A stretch of 64,000 nt of DNA from Octopus bimaculoides (taxonomy: Eukaryota), in NCBI RefSeq assembly GCF_001194135.2, contig NC_068985.1, positions 33,973,429 to 34,037,428 of the forward strand, written 5' to 3'. A model generated the notes under the pieces. The model was not told the origin of the DNA and did not search any database. It saw only the letters and a list, made by a program, of their open reading frames with translations. A program made the translations under genes and the position numbers. Positions within the stretch are counted from its first letter, which is position 1, and each line of letters opens with the position of its first letter. This document shows positions 63,670-64,000 of the stretch, in pieces.

Positions 63670-63860
63670 TATATATGGGAGAATATACAAATAATAACAA
63701 CAGACGAGGACAGGTGGTGTAAATAACAAAAGGATATATTAGTATGACGCTCGGGAATACGGAAAGTCTTTGACGTTTCGAGCTACGCTCTTCAACAGAA
63801 AGAATACGGAGACAAGGAGAAAAACACGGAGAAAAAAAATTGAATAGTGTTCAGTCAACG

Positions 63861-63863
<3 letters not shown>
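63670..63863 (-). repeat. TA-embedded short element carrying a third hammerhead-like motif
   Basis: CpG-rich ~190-bp unit between (TA)n tracts, containing the motif at 63767-63803. Confidence 0.6.
63767..63803 (-). ncRNA. Minimal type I hammerhead-like motif with U at core position 6
   Basis: tcttt-CTGTTGA-a-gagc-gta-gctc-GAAA-c-GTC-aaaga. Stem I (5 bp) and stem II (4 bp) are perfect, and the triplet is GUC. Confidence 0.65.
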
Positions 63864-63904
<41 letters not shown>

Positions 63905-64000
63905 ACACTCCCAGAAAAAAATTTATGCACATCTCATCCCCACAGGAGCACCAGACTTAATAATGCACACTTTCCCCACAAACACTTTAAGATAACTCTT

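Larger units (their letters stand above)
1..64000. repeat. Dozens of simple repeats: (TA)n, (CA)n, (GA)n, (TATG)n, (CAT)n, (ATAG)n
   Basis: Examples include 1-26, 5067-5097, 30491-30575, 43021-43067, 48146-48230, 56650-56790 and 57530-57600. Many gaps are flanked by (TA)n. Confidence 0.97.

Overview
This is AT-rich, microsatellite-dense animal genomic DNA from a draft assembly. N gaps lie at about 11455-11906, 13930-13939, 16359-16983, 22417-22931, 32472-33398, 35902-36426, 37093-37102, 40345-40354, 41458-41531, 56707-56749 and 62400-62537. The repeat content (tRNA-derived CORE-type SINEs, RTE LINE tails ending in (GAT)n) suggests an octopus; this is an inference, not a database result. I recognised no intact host gene, tRNA, rRNA or CRISPR array. 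The window is mostly decayed and nested transposons: mariner, Tc1, maT-like, Tigger/pogo, hAT, Helitron/Helentron, RTE, CR1-like, Tx1/L1, Jockey-like and Penelope-like elements (PLEs), plus SINEs and MITEs. The most notable signal is a set of minimal type I hammerhead-ribozyme (HHR) motifs from at least three distinct repeat families, with a possible fourth. One family has a tRNA-derived Pol III head fused to an HHR-bearing Penelope-like tail. It occurs free, directly behind a Penelope GIY-YIG remnant, and as a 109-bp-arm foldback. Several other foldback palindromes, a pre-miRNA-like hairpin and an apparent CpG-content boundary near 54 kb are also reported. Boundaries and family assignments were read by eye, so internal coordinates are approximate.
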